Source: Actinomycetota bacterium
GTDB taxonomy: Bacteria; Actinomycetota; Actinomycetes; S36-B12
Length of the DNA: 36,053 bases
Assembly (NCBI GenBank): GCA_002737125.1
Contig: NSHP01000002.1
Coordinates: forward strand, 1 to 36,053
Reading direction: 5' to 3'
Part shown: piece by piece, positions 16,511 to 27,020 of the stretch
Layout of the letters: each line of letters begins with the position of its first letter
Numbering within the stretch: position 1 is the stretch's first letter
Made by a program: the position numbers and the translations under genes
The notes under the pieces: model-generated
Told to the model about the DNA's origin: nothing
The model's database searches: none
Seen by the model: the letters and a program-made list of their open reading frames with translations, nothing else

Positions 16511-17286
16511 CTACCGGTGAACTTCGCCTTGCCCGGACCATTTTCGATAAATGAATTCATGCCGATCATTCGATCATCGGTGGCAAAGAGCCCGGAAAAC
16601 TCACCGCGCTCAATCTCCAGGCCAGTATTTAGATCCACTTCGAGCCCGAAGTTAATGGCCCGCTTTGCCGCGGCAAGTGCCACGGCCGATCCACCGGCAA
16701 ATTGCTCAGCCCAGGCCATCGCTTCGGTGTAAACGTAATCAGGAGCAACAACTCGGTCCACTAAGCCAATGCGCATCGCCTCCTCGGCGCCTACGAAGCG
16801 TCCACTAAAAATTAGATCCTTGGCACGCGATGGGCCAATCAACCGCGACAAACGCTGGGTACCACCAGCGCCCGGGATTATTCCGAGGAGTACTTCAGGT
16901 TGCCCCAGTTTCGCATTGTCGCCAGCAACGCGCAAGTCACAGCAAAGCGCTAACTCACAGCCGCCACCGAGGGCGTAGCCGGTAACCGCAGCAATTGTCG
17001 GTACCGGAATATTGGCAATCGCGGTGAACGCGGACTGGAGATCACCCGACTTCAAGGCCATCTCCTGGTAATCCATTTCGACCATTTCCTTGATGTCGGC
17101 GCCGGCCGCAAACACTTTCGGGCCTCCATAAACAACGACCGCACCAATTTCGCGTCGCGCACTAACCTCGTGGGCCGCCGCGCGTAATTCCTCCTGAACT
17201 TGGCGAGAAAGTGCATTCATCGGCGGGCGCGCCAACACAATGGTCGCGACGTTGCCGGTTACCTCAACCGAGACATATTCACCCAT
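16507..17286 (-). CDS. enoyl-CoA hydratase/isomerase (crotonase) family protein
   Basis: From ATG 17286: MGEYVSVEVTGNVATIVLARPPMNAL..., FAAGADIKEM, and GYALGGGCELALCCDLRVA, the crotonase signature. The longer ORF-track start (17520) overlaps glgX and is rejected. Confidence 0.85.
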   Translation of the reverse strand: MGEYVSVEVTGNVATIVLARPPMNALSRQVQEELRAAAHEVSARREIGAVVVYGGPKVFAAGADIKEMVEMDYQEMALKSGDLQSAFTAIANIPVPTIAAVTGYALGGGCELALCCDLRVAGDNAKLGQPEVLLGIIPGAGGTQRLSRLIGPSRAKDLIFSGRFVGAEEAMRIGLVDRVVAPDYVYTEAMAWAEQFAGGSAVALAAAKRAINFGLEVDLNTGLEIERGEFSGLFATDDRMIGMNSFIENGPGKAKFTGR

Positions 17287-17344
17287 GCGCAGGAGCCTAC
17301 TGACTAGCCGACCGCAAGCTCGGCGGGGCTGTAGCGTGGGGCAG

Positions 17345-19405
17345 ATGAACACCGGTTGGGATCCCCTCGGCGTGATCGCAGATGGGCACGGAGGCGCCAA
17401 TGTGTCTTTATGGGCACAGTCGGCGAGCGCTGTCGACCTGTGTGTGTTTCCTGTAGATGGACCTGAATACCGCATCCCCTTGACCAGCAAAATTTTTAAT
17501 ATCTTCCACGTGCACGTCACCGACCTGCCCGTGGGAACTCGTTACGGATTTCGGGTCGACGGCCCGTGGGATCCAAGTTCTGGGAAGCGCTGGAACCCGA
17601 ACAAGTTGCTACTTGACCCGTATGCGCGCGCGATTGATGGCAAATTTGAGTTGGACTCTGCAGTTTTCGGCCATGCGGGCGACGATGACCTCGCGATTAA
17701 CACGCTCGATTCAGCACCTTTTGTGCCTCGAAGTGTGGTGGCCGATACGTGGTTCGATTGGGGCCACGACACCCATCCAAATACCGCATGGGGCGACACC
17801 CTTATCTACGAGGCTCATGTGCGGGGCCTGACAATGCGCAACCACTATGTGCCAGAACATCAGCGCGGCACCTACGCGGGCCTAGCGCATCCGGCCATCA
17901 TTGATTACTTAAGAAATCTCGGCGCCACCGCGATCGAGTTAATGCCCATTCAGCACTTCGTCGATGAAACCCACCTCCTCGAACTGGGCTTGACCAACTA
18001 TTGGGGTTACAACTCCATCGGCTTCTTTGCTCCGCACTCCCGCTACGCATCGACCGGCACCCGCGGTGAGCAGGTACGTGAGTTCAAGGAGATGGTCAAG
18101 GCACTGCATGCGGGAGGTCTTGAGGTAATTCTCGACGTCGTGTACAACCACACCGCCGAGGGCAACGAATTTGGGCCAACCCTTGCCTTCCGCGGTATTG
18201 GCAATGATGACTACTACCGGCTGCGAGATGGTGGGCGTAGATATACCGACTACACCGGTACCGGTAATACATTTGACGTCTCGCACCCGCACGTGCTTCA
18301 ACTTGTGATGGATTCGCTGCGGTACTGGGTCACTGAGATGCACGTGGATGGCTTCCGCTTCGATCTAGCATCCGCACTCGCGCGTTCACTCCATGACGTC
18401 GACATGCTCGGAAACTTCATGACGACCATCCAGCAGGATCCGGTACTTCGCCGCGTCAAACTCATTGCCGAGCCTTGGGATGTAGGGCCAGGTGGGTATC
18501 AGGTCGGTGAATTTCCGCCGCTCTGGACCGAATGGAATGGCAAGTACCGCGACTGCGTGCGCGACTATTGGCGGGGCGCGGTCGGCATCGGCGAACTTGG
18601 CTGGCGCCTGACCGGTTCGGCAGATCTCTACGCGAGTGAGGGGCGAAGGCCATCGGCGTCGATTAACTTCATCACCGCCCATGACGGTTTCACTATGCGT
18701 GACTTAACTACCTTTGAACATAAACACAATGAGGCAAATCTTGAGGGCAACCGCGACGGAACCGATGACAACAGGTCATGCAATTTCGGTATTGAAGGTG
18801 AAACTGATGACGAAAAAATCAACACACTTCGCCGCAGACAGATACGAAACCTAATGACTACCTTGTTGCTCTCGACCGGTGTTCCAATGTTGACCGCCGG
18901 TGATGAGTTTGGCCGAACCCAAATTGGCAACAACAACGCTTACTGCCAAGACAACGAGATTTCTTGGCTCAACTGGGATTGGGAACCTTGGCAGCAAGAA
19001 CTCCATGCCTTCACTGCGTCATTGGTGCAGTTGCGGCGTGATCACCCGGCCTTTCGCCAGCGTTACTTCTTCGCGGGCCGACCTATCCACGAAGGTGGCC
19101 CAAAAGACCTTTCTTGGATCTCACCAGAAGGGCGCGAGATGACCGTGGACCAATGGAATTCATCGGATTCGCGCACCCTCGGCATGTTCATCGCTGGGAT
19201 AAATGCCGGCGAATCATTTTTAGTCCTGATGCACGCGGGCCGAGAATATCAATCATTCACCTTGCCCGGTGACCCATACGGATCCAGTTACCATCGAGTT
19301 ATCGATACCGAGCAGGATTCTGCAATATCGCGCACCACCGAATTAGCAGGTAGCCGTATAGCGATGGTGCCGCATAGCATGCTCGTGTTCGAAGTCACCG
19401 ACTAA
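17345..19405 (+). CDS. glgX: glycogen debranching enzyme GlgX/TreX (GH13)
   Basis: From ATG 17345: MNTGWDPLGVIADGHGGANVSLWA... Also YNHTAEG, GFRFDLAS, EPWD and FITAHDGFT, the GH13 conserved regions. Confidence 0.9.
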   Translation: MNTGWDPLGVIADGHGGANVSLWAQSASAVDLCVFPVDGPEYRIPLTSKIFNIFHVHVTDLPVGTRYGFRVDGPWDPSSGKRWNPNKLLLDPYARAIDGKFELDSAVFGHAGDDDLAINTLDSAPFVPRSVVADTWFDWGHDTHPNTAWGDTLIYEAHVRGLTMRNHYVPEHQRGTYAGLAHPAIIDYLRNLGATAIELMPIQHFVDETHLLELGLTNYWGYNSIGFFAPHSRYASTGTRGEQVREFKEMVKALHAGGLEVILDVVYNHTAEGNEFGPTLAFRGIGNDDYYRLRDGGRRYTDYTGTGNTFDVSHPHVLQLVMDSLRYWVTEMHVDGFRFDLASALARSLHDVDMLGNFMTTIQQDPVLRRVKLIAEPWDVGPGGYQVGEFPPLWTEWNGKYRDCVRDYWRGAVGIGELGWRLTGSADLYASEGRRPSASINFITAHDGFTMRDLTTFEHKHNEANLEGNRDGTDDNRSCNFGIEGETDDEKINTLRRRQIRNLMTTLLLSTGVPMLTAGDEFGRTQIGNNNAYCQDNEISWLNWDWEPWQQELHAFTASLVQLRRDHPAFRQRYFFAGRPIHEGGPKDLSWISPEGREMTVDQWNSSDSRTLGMFIAGINAGESFLVLMHAGREYQSFTLPGDPYGSSYHRVIDTEQDSAISRTTELAGSRIAMVPHSMLVFEVTD

Positions 19406-19416
19406 AGGCCTCGGGG

Positions 19417-22023
19417 CTAACCCTCAAACTCCTTAGAGTTATTCGCAATGCCTTGAGCAAGTACTTGAAGCCCCAATTCTTCTGGGGTTGCCAATCCGCG
19501 ATGCCTCGGCAGAATCCGGACGGTGTAGCCAAATGGACCGTTTTGCTCCAACGGCAAGTTTATTTGGTACTGCCAGCGATTGCCCTCGTACTGCTCGACG
19601 GGAGTCATTGCAGAATGACGGACTTGCGTAATTTGATCGTCAGCATCAACTCGACCGGACACGACCTGCACAACAACGTCACCGGTCGTCAGATCCGCAA
19701 GTGACACAAATGCCCGAACCATGATTTGGGTACCGAGCAGAACAGCGTCGCCCACGCCATGTGACTCTACGTGATCAACCTTTAACTCGGGCCAGACGGC
19801 GCGGACATGTGTTTTCCAGGATGAGACTTCGGCGGCTAGTGCAAAACTATCCACCCGCATTGCGCGCGATGAGATCGCTGCTGGCGTGTAAAGACGAGTC
19901 ACGTACTCGCGCACCATGCGGCTTGCGAGAACTTTTGGCCCAAGGGTTCCAAGGGTGTGCCGCACCATCGCAATCCAAGTTCGCGGCATACCAAGCGCGT
20001 CGCGATCATAGAAAGTTGCAGCAACCGACTTCTCAATTAGATCATAGAGAGCCGCCGCTTCAATATCGTCTCGGCGATCTGGATCATCAATACCTTCTGC
20101 TGTTGGAATAGCCCAGCCATTTTCTCCATCAAACCATTCATCCCACCAGCCATCAAGAATTGATAAGTTAAGAGCGCCGTTAAGGGCCGCCTTCATGCCC
20201 GAAGTTCCGCTGGCTTCGAGTGGTCTGATCGGATTGTTCAGCCACACATCGCAGCCAGGATACAGCAAGGTAGCCATGCTAATGTCGTAATCGGGCAAGA
20301 ACACGATGCGATGTCGTACATCGACCGCGTCTGCAAATTTTACAAGCTCTTGGATCAACCGCTTACCTCCGTCATCCGCTGGGTGAGACTTACCCGCGAT
20401 CACCAATTGAATAGGTCGGATTGGATCTAGTAGCAGGGCGCGTAACCGCTCGGGGTCACGAAGCATCAACGTCAATCTCTTATAGGAAGGCACCCGACGC
20501 GCAAACCCGATGGTTAGTACATCAGGATTCAATACATCGTCAACCCACTTCAATTCCATCTCACTGGCACCGCGATTTATCCAAGATTCACGTAAACGTT
20601 CGCGCGCCATCACAATCAATTGCTCACGTAATGACCGCTTTATGCCCCACAAATGCTCATCAGTGGTCTGTGCGATAACTTCCCATGCGCTGGCTTCATC
20701 GCCTTGATCTGGGCCGAGCGCGTTGGCCGCAAGATCTAGGATCTCGCGAGCCACCCAAGTAGGTGCATGCACACCGTTAGTAATGGATGCGATGGGCACA
20801 TCATCGCCATCGAAGCCTGGCCACAGCCCAGCAAACATCTCTCGGGACACGCGACCGTGAAGCAAGCTAACACCGTTTGCGCGCTGCCCAAGGCGCAAGC
20901 CCATTACCGCCATATTGAATACATTGGGATCGCCCCCAGGGTATGTCTCGGCGCCCAACGCGATAATTCGCTCGACCGGCAACTTGGATTCACCACCTGC
21001 GCCTCCCAAATACTGGGCGACCAACTCGCGAGGGAATCTGTCAATACCTGCTGGAACCGGCGTGTGGGTCGTAAATACCGTGCCCGCTCGTATCACCTCA
21101 AGGGCTTCATCGAAGCCCATGTCAGAATTTTCAGAAAGTAATTCGCGGATACGCTCGAAACCGAGGAATCCTGCGTGGCCCTCGTTAGTATGAAATACTT
21201 CAGGTACGGTGCGCCCGGTTAGCCGGCAGTAGGCGCGTAGTGCCCTGACCCCACAGATGCCAAGCAGCATCTCCTGCTGCAACCGGTGCTCACCGCCACC
21301 GCCATACAGCCGATCGGTGACATCGCGCTCGGCTGGAGCGTTCTCCTCGACATCGGAGTCGAGCATCAGCAACGGCACGCGCCCGACCTGTGCTATCCAG
21401 ATGCGAGCCCAAATCTTGCGTCCGCCCGGCAAGCCAACCGAAACTTTTACCGAGGTTCCATCGGCTTCACGCAACAGCGACACCGGACTACCGTCTGGGT
21501 CACATAATGGGTACTGCTCCTGTTGCCAGCCATCGGTCGAAAGCGACTGACGAAAATACCCAGCGCGGTAAAACAGGCCGATTGCAATTAGCGGCACGCC
21601 TAGGTCGCTGGCTGCTTTCAAGTGATCGCCGGCCAAGATCCCTAGACCTCCGGAGTACTGAGGAAGCGCCGAAGTGATGCCGTACTCCGGTGAAAAGTAA
21701 GCGATACCAGCAGGGGCATCAGCACCCAGGGTTTGGAACCAGCGGTCAGCGGTGAGGTAATTCTGTAGATCATCCGCCCGCTCGCGCACCCAGCTCACGT
21801 AGCCTTCGTCAGCGGCCAACTCGGCCAATCTCTCAGCTGTTAGCTCACCGAGTAGCCGAACTGGGTCATGACCCAATGACTCCCATAGCTTGGCGTTCAT
21901 AGCCGCAAATAGATCGCGGGTGTCCGGGCTCCAGCACCATCGCAAGTTATGGGCCAAAACCTCAAGGGACACCAAGGATTGCGGAAGTGCGGCCCGGACA
22001 TTGAACCTACGGATCGCTCGCAC
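19417..22023 (-). CDS. glgP: alpha-glucan phosphorylase (GT35, actinobacterial long form)
   Basis: 868 aa. (V)RAIRRFNVRAALPQSL..LAHNLRWCWSP (DUF3417-type N-terminus), GGLGILAGDH, and EASGTSGMKAALNGALNLSILDGWW, the pyridoxal-phosphate region. Confidence 0.9.
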   Translation of the reverse strand: MRAIRRFNVRAALPQSLVSLEVLAHNLRWCWSPDTRDLFAAMNAKLWESLGHDPVRLLGELTAERLAELAADEGYVSWVRERADDLQNYLTADRWFQTLGADAPAGIAYFSPEYGITSALPQYSGGLGILAGDHLKAASDLGVPLIAIGLFYRAGYFRQSLSTDGWQQEQYPLCDPDGSPVSLLREADGTSVKVSVGLPGGRKIWARIWIAQVGRVPLLMLDSDVEENAPAERDVTDRLYGGGGEHRLQQEMLLGICGVRALRAYCRLTGRTVPEVFHTNEGHAGFLGFERIRELLSENSDMGFDEALEVIRAGTVFTTHTPVPAGIDRFPRELVAQYLGGAGGESKLPVERIIALGAETYPGGDPNVFNMAVMGLRLGQRANGVSLLHGRVSREMFAGLWPGFDGDDVPIASITNGVHAPTWVAREILDLAANALGPDQGDEASAWEVIAQTTDEHLWGIKRSLREQLIVMARERLRESWINRGASEMELKWVDDVLNPDVLTIGFARRVPSYKRLTLMLRDPERLRALLLDPIRPIQLVIAGKSHPADDGGKRLIQELVKFADAVDVRHRIVFLPDYDISMATLLYPGCDVWLNNPIRPLEASGTSGMKAALNGALNLSILDGWWDEWFDGENGWAIPTAEGIDDPDRRDDIEAAALYDLIEKSVAATFYDRDALGMPRTWIAMVRHTLGTLGPKVLASRMVREYVTRLYTPAAISSRAMRVDSFALAAEVSSWKTHVRAVWPELKVDHVESHGVGDAVLLGTQIMVRAFVSLADLTTGDVVVQVVSGRVDADDQITQVRHSAMTPVEQYEGNRWQYQINLPLEQNGPFGYTVRILPRHRGLATPEELGLQVLAQGIANNSKEFEG

Positions 22024-22244
22024 CGGTTAAACGTACCGGGTCTGACAGCGTTTGCATTCTTAGCCCTACCAAGTCCATCCCGTGCATCAAGTGCCGGTGA
22101 AAGTTGAGCTACGTTCGGTCCGGGTGTGGTGGGGATAGCGCCATCAATTCTTGAGCCACAAAGCTCATTTCCTTGCATTTACCCCCGAACTGTGTTCTCA
22201 GCGTTATATCCAAATTATCCATCAGATAGGAAACTGTGAGTGCC

Positions 22245-22364
22245 ATGCCAAGTTCAAATATTGTGGTTCCTGTGAGTTCAGCGCCGACTGATCGGTTGGT
22301 ACTTGGTGTCGGTTGGGTGCGCCCCGGTGCAGGCAGCAACTCCACAAGCTTCATTGAGTGGTGA
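22245..22364 (+). other. copy A of a duplicated module; intact 39-codon ORF on + (MPSSNIVVPVSSAPTDRLVLGVGWVRPGAGSNSTSFIEW)
   Basis: Homologous to 22463-22555, with 81 percent identity over the 64-nt core by hand alignment. The last codons and the stop come from palindromic element E1. Coding status is unproven; the antisense frame is equally compatible. Confidence 0.35.
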
Positions 22365-22412
22365 GTTGTTACAAGAAAAATACAAACTTATTTGTGTCAA
22401 CTCACCACTCAA
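22354..22412. repeat. degenerate copy (E1) of the GTTGAGTGGTGAG...CTCACCACTCAAC palindromic element
   Basis: ttgagtggtgagttg (22354-22368) pairs perfectly with caactcaccactcaa (22398-22412). The inner part is decayed relative to E2 and E3. Confidence 0.85.
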
Positions 22413-22462
22413 CGAAGAAGTTCTCACCTATAAAGATCACAACGAGAAGATTTGAGCACTAA

Positions 22463-22639
22463 ATGCCAAGTACCGACGTTAATTAACCAGTTAGTTCAGC
22501 GCCGATCGATCGGCTCGCACTCAGTGTTGGTTGGGTCCGCCCGGGTGCAGCCGGTATCGGCGGCACGCTAAACCCGCTTACCTGGATCGTCGGACAACTA
22601 CTACCGCCATGCGGCTGCTTTGAGGGTAATGAGGAGTAG
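22463..22639 (+). other. copy B of the duplicated module; same frame is interrupted by TAA at 22484-22486, then open to TAG 22637-22639
   Basis: ATGCCAAGT is shared with copy A. After the in-frame TAA it reads PVSSAPIDRLALSVGWVRPGAAG..., parallel to copy A. Confidence 0.3.
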
Positions 22640-22771
22640 AACTCTTCCTGAACACTAGATTTCGTGTTGGAACAGTGTTGCCGGGCAGCGGGCCTTAGCG
22701 CTGACCGAAAAGTACGGCATTGCCCCGCTACCAATAAAAGCTTTGTTATGCCGAGGTAGTCTTAACCCATT

Positions 22772-24766
22772 ATGGCTGCGGCGCCGAGGGATCCGACCTT
22801 AAATTTTGGCTTACCACCGCTATTAACGGGCCGATTGGCCATCACTGAAGTCAGCCCGTCCGTACTAAGTGGCCGGCGACCGGCCGCGGCGGCAGTTGAT
22901 GAGGCTGTTCGGGTTCGCGCCACCTGCTTTCGCGAGGGCCACGACACCCTTGGACTGGCCGCAGTACTGCACCGCCCAGATGGCAGCGAATACTCACGGG
23001 TATCTCTGACTCCTGATGGGGTAGACGCTTGGGCCGGCATCATCCGCCCAAATGAGATCGGCCACTGGACTTTCACAATTGAAGCTTGGGGTGATCCTTG
23101 GCGCACTTGGCTCCGGCGCGCAAATATCAAAATACCTGCTGGACTAGACATTGAACTCGAGTTCGCTGAAGGTGCCTTGCTTTTGAACCAGGTACTTTCA
23201 TTCGATCGGCTGGCGGCAACTAAACCACTTCTGATTTCCGCAATTACCGCGATGCGAAATACCTCACTACCACCATCGGTTCGCCTAGCCGCCGCGGTAG
23301 ACGCGAAAGTGAGCACAGTTATTACCGAAAACCCCATCCGCGTGCAATTGACCACGAGCGGCCCGTGGCCACTTAATGTGCAAAGACGTCGCGCCCTCTT
23401 TGGTGCCTGGTATGAGTTTTTCCCGCGCAGCGAAGGGGCTCTGCTTGATCCCCCCACCTCCGGCACCTTCCCTTCGGCAGCCAAACGGCTAGCTCCCATC
23501 GCCGACATGGGTTTCGATGTCGTTTACCTGCCGCCGGTACATCCAATTGGGGTGACAAATCGAAAAGGGCCAAATAACACTCTGATAGCAACTGACTCAG
23601 ACCCCGGATCCCCTTGGGCAATTGGATCGGCCGCCGGCGGTCATGATGCGATTCATCCAGACCTTGGCACAATTAAGGACTTCGATGACTTTGTCGCAGT
23701 AACCAACGCTCTCGGCATGGAGATTGCCCTTGATCTTGCACTACAGGCATCACCAGACCACCCTTGGGTTAAGACACACCCGCAGTGGTTCACCGCTCGC
23801 GCTGACGGGTCGATTGCCTACGCCGAGAATCCGCCAAAGAAGTACCAAGACATCTACCCACTGAATTTTGATAATGACCCCGAAGGTCTTTACGCCGAAA
23901 TTGAACGCATCGTCCGCTTTTGGATCTCACATAGAGTGCGAATCTTCCGGGTTGATAACCCACATACCAAACCCATCTGGTTTTGGGATCGACTCATAGC
24001 GTCAATAAATGCAGACAATCCAGATGTCATCTTCTTGGCCGAAGCTTTCACAAGTCGCTCAATGATGCAGGCGCTTGCCGAGGTCGGTTTCCAGCAGAGT
24101 TATACCTACTTCACCTGGCGCAACAGTAAGCAGGAGCTTGAGGAGTACGGGAGAGAGATTGCTGGGCCGGCCGCCGCCTACATGCGCCCTAATTTTTTCA
24201 CAAACACTCCAGACATTCTCCACAGTTATCTGCAGCACGGAGGGCCTGGCGCCTTCGCAATTCGCGCCGTCCTGGCTTCAACCCTGTCACCTACCTTCGG
24301 CGTGTATAGCGGTTTCGAGTTATACGAACACGTGGGTCTTCATCCCGGTAGCGAGGAGTACCTCGATACCGAAAAGTTTCAATATCGACCGCGCGATTGG
24401 GACGCGGCTATAAGGCAGGGTCGTAGTCTGGCTCCCCTATTAACACTCATCAATAACATTCGGAGGAAACACAAAGCTTTGCAGGACTTACGTTCACTGT
24501 ATTTCCACCAGTGCGATAACCCAAACATTATTGCTTTTTCAAAACAAGATGGAGACGACACCGTGCTAGTGGTGTGCACTCTTGACCCGCACCATACGCA
24601 GGAAACCACCGTGTGGTGGAACCTAGACGCCATCGGGATCGACGCACAATCCTTATTCATTGCCCATGATCTAGTAACCGACACCACTTGGACCTGGGGT
24701 CAGAGCGCCTACGTGCGTTTGACACCATGGGAACAAGTCGCTCACATCGTGCATGTGCGGCAATAG
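22772..24766 (+). CDS. glgE: alpha-1,4-glucan:maltose-1-phosphate maltosyltransferase
   Basis: 664 aa. [49 protein letters not shown] and FLAEAFT match GlgE. Confidence 0.9.
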   Translation: MAAAPRDPTLNFGLPPLLTGRLAITEVSPSVLSGRRPAAAAVDEAVRVRATCFREGHDTLGLAAVLHRPDGSEYSRVSLTPDGVDAWAGIIRPNEIGHWTFTIEAWGDPWRTWLRRANIKIPAGLDIELEFAEGALLLNQVLSFDRLAATKPLLISAITAMRNTSLPPSVRLAAAVDAKVSTVITENPIRVQLTTSGPWPLNVQRRRALFGAWYEFFPRSEGALLDPPTSGTFPSAAKRLAPIADMGFDVVYLPPVHPIGVTNRKGPNNTLIATDSDPGSPWAIGSAAGGHDAIHPDLGTIKDFDDFVAVTNALGMEIALDLALQASPDHPWVKTHPQWFTARADGSIAYAENPPKKYQDIYPLNFDNDPEGLYAEIERIVRFWISHRVRIFRVDNPHTKPIWFWDRLIASINADNPDVIFLAEAFTSRSMMQALAEVGFQQSYTYFTWRNSKQELEEYGREIAGPAAAYMRPNFFTNTPDILHSYLQHGGPGAFAIRAVLASTLSPTFGVYSGFELYEHVGLHPGSEEYLDTEKFQYRPRDWDAAIRQGRSLAPLLTLINNIRRKHKALQDLRSLYFHQCDNPNIIAFSKQDGDDTVLVVCTLDPHHTQETTVWWNLDAIGIDAQSLFIAHDLVTDTTWTWGQSAYVRLTPWEQVAHIVHVRQ

Positions 24767-26961
24767 TGGGTAAGACGCCGAAGGTAAACAAAATACCCGT
24801 GGCAATTGGAGACCTTGATCGACTTGTCGATGGTTGGCACCCCAATCCACATGAAATTCTGGGACCGCATCTATCCAACGGAGCGGTTACTGTTCGGGTA
24901 TTACGCCCCATGGCCGATTCGGTAACTGTGGTAACTGAAAATTCTTCGATCCAACTTGACCATGAATTCCGCGGAGTTTGGTGCGGAGTCATCCCGATGC
25001 CGAACGTGCCTAATTACTCAATCGAAGTTCAGTACGGTGACCAAATCGTGTCTGCAGAAGACCCGTACCGATTCTTACCGACCATTGGCGAAATCGATTT
25101 GCACTTAATCCACGAGGGACGCCACGAACAGCTCTGGGAAGTACTCGGTGCGCATACCCGCAGCTACCCAACCCCACAAGGTGAGGTAACCGGAGTTTCA
25201 TTTGCGGTATGGGCACCCAATGCGCGTGGGATTCGCCTCGCCGGCGACTTTAACTTTTGGGATGGCACCGCACATCCGATGCGCAGCCTGGGGGTGTCGG
25301 GTATTTGGGAGTTGTTCGTCCCGAATGTTACGGACGGCAACAAATATAAATTCCAAATCTTAGGAAGCGATGGGATCTGGAGGCACAAGGCCGACCCATG
25401 CGCCTTCGCAACCGAAATTCCACCCGCCAACGGTTCGGTTGTCTTTACTTCTAATTACGTCTGGCAAGACTCATTATGGATAGCCAAGCGCGCGAATATG
25501 GACGTACTTGCCGCTCCGATGAGTATCTATGAAGTCCACCTAGGCTCTTGGCGCGCCGAGCTAAAGTATCGCCAGCTCGCCGAGGAGCTAGTCGACTATC
25601 TCATCGACACTGGCTTCACCCATGTTGAGTTTCTCCCCGTCGCCGAGCACCCCTACGGACCATCCTGGGGTTACCAAGTCACTTCTTATTTCGCACCCAC
25701 CTCACGTTTTGGCTCACCCGATGACCTTCGCTATCTCATTGACCGCCTCCATCAATCCGGAATTGGCGTTTTAGTTGATTGGGTTCCGGCTCACTTCCCT
25801 AAAGATGAGTGGGCCCTGGCCCGCTTCGATGGCACCGCACTATATGAACACCCAGACCCAAAACGTGGCGAGCACCCAGACTGGGGCACCCATGTCTTTC
25901 ACTTCGGTCGCGTTGAAGTCCGAAACTTTCTAGTTGCAAATGCGCTCTACTGGTTCGAGGAGTTTCACGTCGATGGCCTGCGCGTTGATGCAGTGGCTTC
26001 AATGCTTTATCTCGATTACTCGCGGGGGCCAGGTGAGTGGGAGCCCAATCAATACGGAGGCCGCGAGAATCTCGATGCCGTTGCTTTCTTACAAGAAGTA
26101 AATGCAACGGTCTATAAGCGGGTGCCTGGAGTTGTGATGGTCGCCGAGGAATCAACCGCCTGGCCTGGTGTCACCCAGTCGACCCAATTAGGCGGATTAG
26201 GTTTTGGGCTCAAGTGGAATATGGGCTGGATGCACGATGCCCTCGGCTACATTCAGCATGAACCAATTCACCGTCAATACCACCATGATGAAATAACATT
26301 TTCCATGGTCTACGCCTATAGCGAGCACTTTGTTTTACCGGTATCTCACGACGAAGTTGTGCATGGCAAAGGCTCACTTATCGGGCGAATGCCCGGTGAC
26401 CGCTGGCAGCAACTTGCGAATCTACGAGCCTTCTTGGCCTTCATGTGGGCGCACCCCGGAAAAAAGTTGCTCTTCATGGGTTCGGAGTTTGCCCAATCTG
26501 GTGAATGGGCCAGCCAGCGCAGTCTGGATTGGTCGTTACTTCAACTTGCCGAACACGCAGGCGTCTTACTCACGGTGACTGATCTAAATAACGTTTATCG
26601 AGCGACTCCAGCGCTCTGGCAACGCGACGACGACCCAGGCGGCTTCGAGTGGATCGACGCCGGTGATGCTCCCGGAAATATTTTCACCTGGCTCCGTTGG
26701 GATAAAGCTGGCCAGCCCCTTGCCTGTGCCGTCAACTTCTCCCCCACCCCGCATACGGGTTACCGCATTGGGTTGCCGCTAAGTGGCAGTTGGACCGAAG
26801 TAATTAACACCGATGCCGACGTTTACGGTGGCAGCGGGGTCGGAAATCTTGGCGGCGTAACTGCTGTCGACGTTCCTTGGCAGGGCCGCCCAGCGTCTGC
26901 TCTGGTGGTGCTGCCGCCATTGGCCGCTATCTACCTGCGCTATGACCCAACCCCCCGTTGA
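24766..26961 (+). CDS. glgB: 1,4-alpha-glucan branching enzyme
   Basis: GTG 24766 overlaps the glgE TAG by 1 nt (TAGTG), giving 731 aa. Has [35 protein letters not shown] and SHDEVVHGK. The longer ORF-track start lies inside glgE. Confidence 0.9.
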   Translation: MGKTPKVNKIPVAIGDLDRLVDGWHPNPHEILGPHLSNGAVTVRVLRPMADSVTVVTENSSIQLDHEFRGVWCGVIPMPNVPNYSIEVQYGDQIVSAEDPYRFLPTIGEIDLHLIHEGRHEQLWEVLGAHTRSYPTPQGEVTGVSFAVWAPNARGIRLAGDFNFWDGTAHPMRSLGVSGIWELFVPNVTDGNKYKFQILGSDGIWRHKADPCAFATEIPPANGSVVFTSNYVWQDSLWIAKRANMDVLAAPMSIYEVHLGSWRAELKYRQLAEELVDYLIDTGFTHVEFLPVAEHPYGPSWGYQVTSYFAPTSRFGSPDDLRYLIDRLHQSGIGVLVDWVPAHFPKDEWALARFDGTALYEHPDPKRGEHPDWGTHVFHFGRVEVRNFLVANALYWFEEFHVDGLRVDAVASMLYLDYSRGPGEWEPNQYGGRENLDAVAFLQEVNATVYKRVPGVVMVAEESTAWPGVTQSTQLGGLGFGLKWNMGWMHDALGYIQHEPIHRQYHHDEITFSMVYAYSEHFVLPVSHDEVVHGKGSLIGRMPGDRWQQLANLRAFLAFMWAHPGKKLLFMGSEFAQSGEWASQRSLDWSLLQLAEHAGVLLTVTDLNNVYRATPALWQRDDDPGGFEWIDAGDAPGNIFTWLRWDKAGQPLACAVNFSPTPHTGYRIGLPLSGSWTEVINTDADVYGGSGVGNLGGVTAVDVPWQGRPASALVVLPPLAAIYLRYDPTPR

Positions 26962-27020
26962 GTGGTGAGGCGTTGCAACTTTTTTTGAAAAAAAGTTGCA
27001 ACGCCTCACCACTCAACGGG
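26954..27020. repeat. 67-nt perfect palindrome E2 (33+1+33)
   Basis: cccgttgagtggtgaggcgttgcaacttttttt g aaaaaaagttgcaacgcctcaccactcaacggg, centred on 26987. It contains the glgB TGA (26959-26961) in the left arm and the TGA of the convergent gene (27013-27015, minus) in the right arm. Confidence 0.95.

Noticed and set aside
22109-22734. Minus-strand ORFs 22109-22354 (81 aa) and 22483-22734 (83 aa) as real genes
   Set aside because: They share only the duplicated core, which is N-terminal in one and C-terminal in the other. The rest has no recognisable features. They are kept as an alternative reading of the duplicated module rather than annotated as CDSs.
22762-23508. 248-aa minus-strand ORF
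   Set aside because: It lies entirely antisense to the well-supported glgE gene, has a low-complexity Ala/Arg/Ser-rich composition, and is a typical high-GC shadow ORF.
26954-27020. Simple Rho-independent bidirectional terminator
   Set aside because: This is not fully excluded. However, the T- and A-runs lie at the centre of the palindrome, within the stem apex, rather than following the stem. The 33-bp arms are far longer than typical terminators, and the element recurs with compensatory changes flanking one gene. I therefore treat it as a REP/MITE-like element that may also terminate transcription.
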